A DNA stretch of 46,522 bases, taken from a virus. Lineage: Duplodnaviria; Caudoviricetes. The stretch is taken from IMG/VR virus record IMGVR_UViG_3300036833_000092, positions 1-46,522 of that record; one strand, 5' to 3'. Each line of letters opens with the position of its first letter. Within the stretch, counting starts at the first letter, position 1. Shown here in pieces: positions 45,644-46,522 of the stretch. Below the pieces are notes generated by a model, which was not told where the DNA came from, ran no database searches, and worked only from the letters and a program-made list of their open reading frames with translations. A program made the translations under genes and the position numbers.

Positions 45644-46387
45644 CTAGGCGCTACGGCCATGCGCCTTAGCGTACGCGACGTGAATGTCTCGTGGCAGGCG
45701 GGCAAAGTCACTGACATCGTAACCCTCATCCTTGGCCCACTGCCTGATATGGCGGACTGGTGCATGCTTCCTGTCACGCTTAGAACCACCCACTGGCCGT
45801 AGCTGCGGAGGTGCCTTCGGCTCGTCGTCATTAGTGATAAGGCTAACGACCTTTGTACGCTTCATGGCCTGGGTCCTGATGAACTCAATACGCTGTCTGA
45901 TAACGTCCCGTAGCGACCTTAGCGTGTCCATTGGGAACAGGAGCCATGAGAGCGCGCCAAAGGCAGGCGAGGCCGCATCGGCACGAGCCAAAGCCGAGCG
46001 CTTCGCCCATCGTAGGTGAATCTCATAGACGACGGCTGCGGCTATTGGGAGGCTCGCCCATAGCAGCCAGGCGCCATTGGGCTCATGGGTGATCCGCGCA
46101 TGGAACGTCTGGAGGTACGCGCCTATGGCGACGAACACTCTAACGGCCGTTCTTGGGCCGGAGCCATTGAGTCCCTTCTCAGCGTACCGTATGGCGTATG
46201 TAGCCGCCAATAGAGCTACCCCGTCGAAGCAGGTACTCATGGCGATAGCGATCAGTGGAGGCACGCCAAAGTAGCGCGCGATGATGTAGAACGAATAGCC
46301 CGAGACGCCCAATATGGGCACCAATATGATAACCCATAGGAACTGCCCGGTTATGGCGCTAGCTCGCGCCCATGAGAATTGGTTCAT
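45644..46387 (-). CDS. DUF2637/SpdA-like membrane protein fused to an Lsr2-type DNA-binding domain
   Basis: Four TM helices with FDG and PIAAAVVYE; C-terminal IRQWAKDEGYDVSDFARLPRDIHVAY. Confidence 0.7.
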   Translation of the reverse strand: MNQFSWARASAITGQFLWVIILVPILGVSGYSFYIIARYFGVPPLIAIAMSTCFDGVALLAATYAIRYAEKGLNGSGPRTAVRVFVAIGAYLQTFHARITHEPNGAWLLWASLPIAAAVVYEIHLRWAKRSALARADAASPAFGALSWLLFPMDTLRSLRDVIRQRIEFIRTQAMKRTKVVSLITNDDEPKAPPQLRPVGGSKRDRKHAPVRHIRQWAKDEGYDVSDFARLPRDIHVAYAKAHGRSA

Positions 46388-46522
46388 GGCCTGCCTTCCA
46401 TCGGTTCTTACGGATACCCTATCGGACCTCCCATCGTTCGTCCGTTAGGCTCGCCGGTCGCGCTATCGGCCCGTATCCCTAGCTGGGGCTATCCCATGAC
46501 GCGCCGATAGCGCGAGCCGATA

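Noticed and set aside
1-46522. Stop-codon reassignment suggested by frequent CTAG/TAG
   Set aside because: Core genes are full length in the standard code and several end in TAG
1-46522. tRNA or rRNA genes
   Set aside because: No cloverleaf or rRNA-like sequence recognised by eye; tRNAscan/Aragorn were not run

Overview
Most of a tailed (siphovirus-type) actinobacteriophage genome, read across what is probably its genome-end junction near 37 kb. 1-11.1 kb (+): a nucleotide metabolism and replication block (FAD oxidoreductase, divergent ThyX, MazG multi-domain fusion, SAM methyltransferase, DnaE) followed by small unknown genes. 11.1-12.9 kb (+): a small serine recombinase and a secreted LysM-transglycosylase. 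13.2-36.9 kb (-): a complete virion/lysis operon, running from a glycosyltransferase through terminases, portal, HNH, MuF-like protein, an inserted fibre-like module, scaffold, capsid, head-tail genes, tail, frameshifted chaperones, tape measure and minor tails to the holin-like gene and amidase. 36.9-39.2 kb: a repeat-dense control region with a 38 x 10-bp in-register array rich in TTGACA, three tandem palindromes, dispersed TGTAGTCGAC motifs and duplicated promoter-hairpin-gene-terminator cassettes. 39.2-44 kb (+): small early-type genes. 44.1-46.4 kb (-): a small operon headed by a DUF2637-like/Lsr2-like fusion. The strongest novelty candidates are the decamer array region, a possible non-canonical nucleotide-modification pathway, and a motif found at both convergent transcription junctions. 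All family calls come from motif recognition by eye; no database searches were run.
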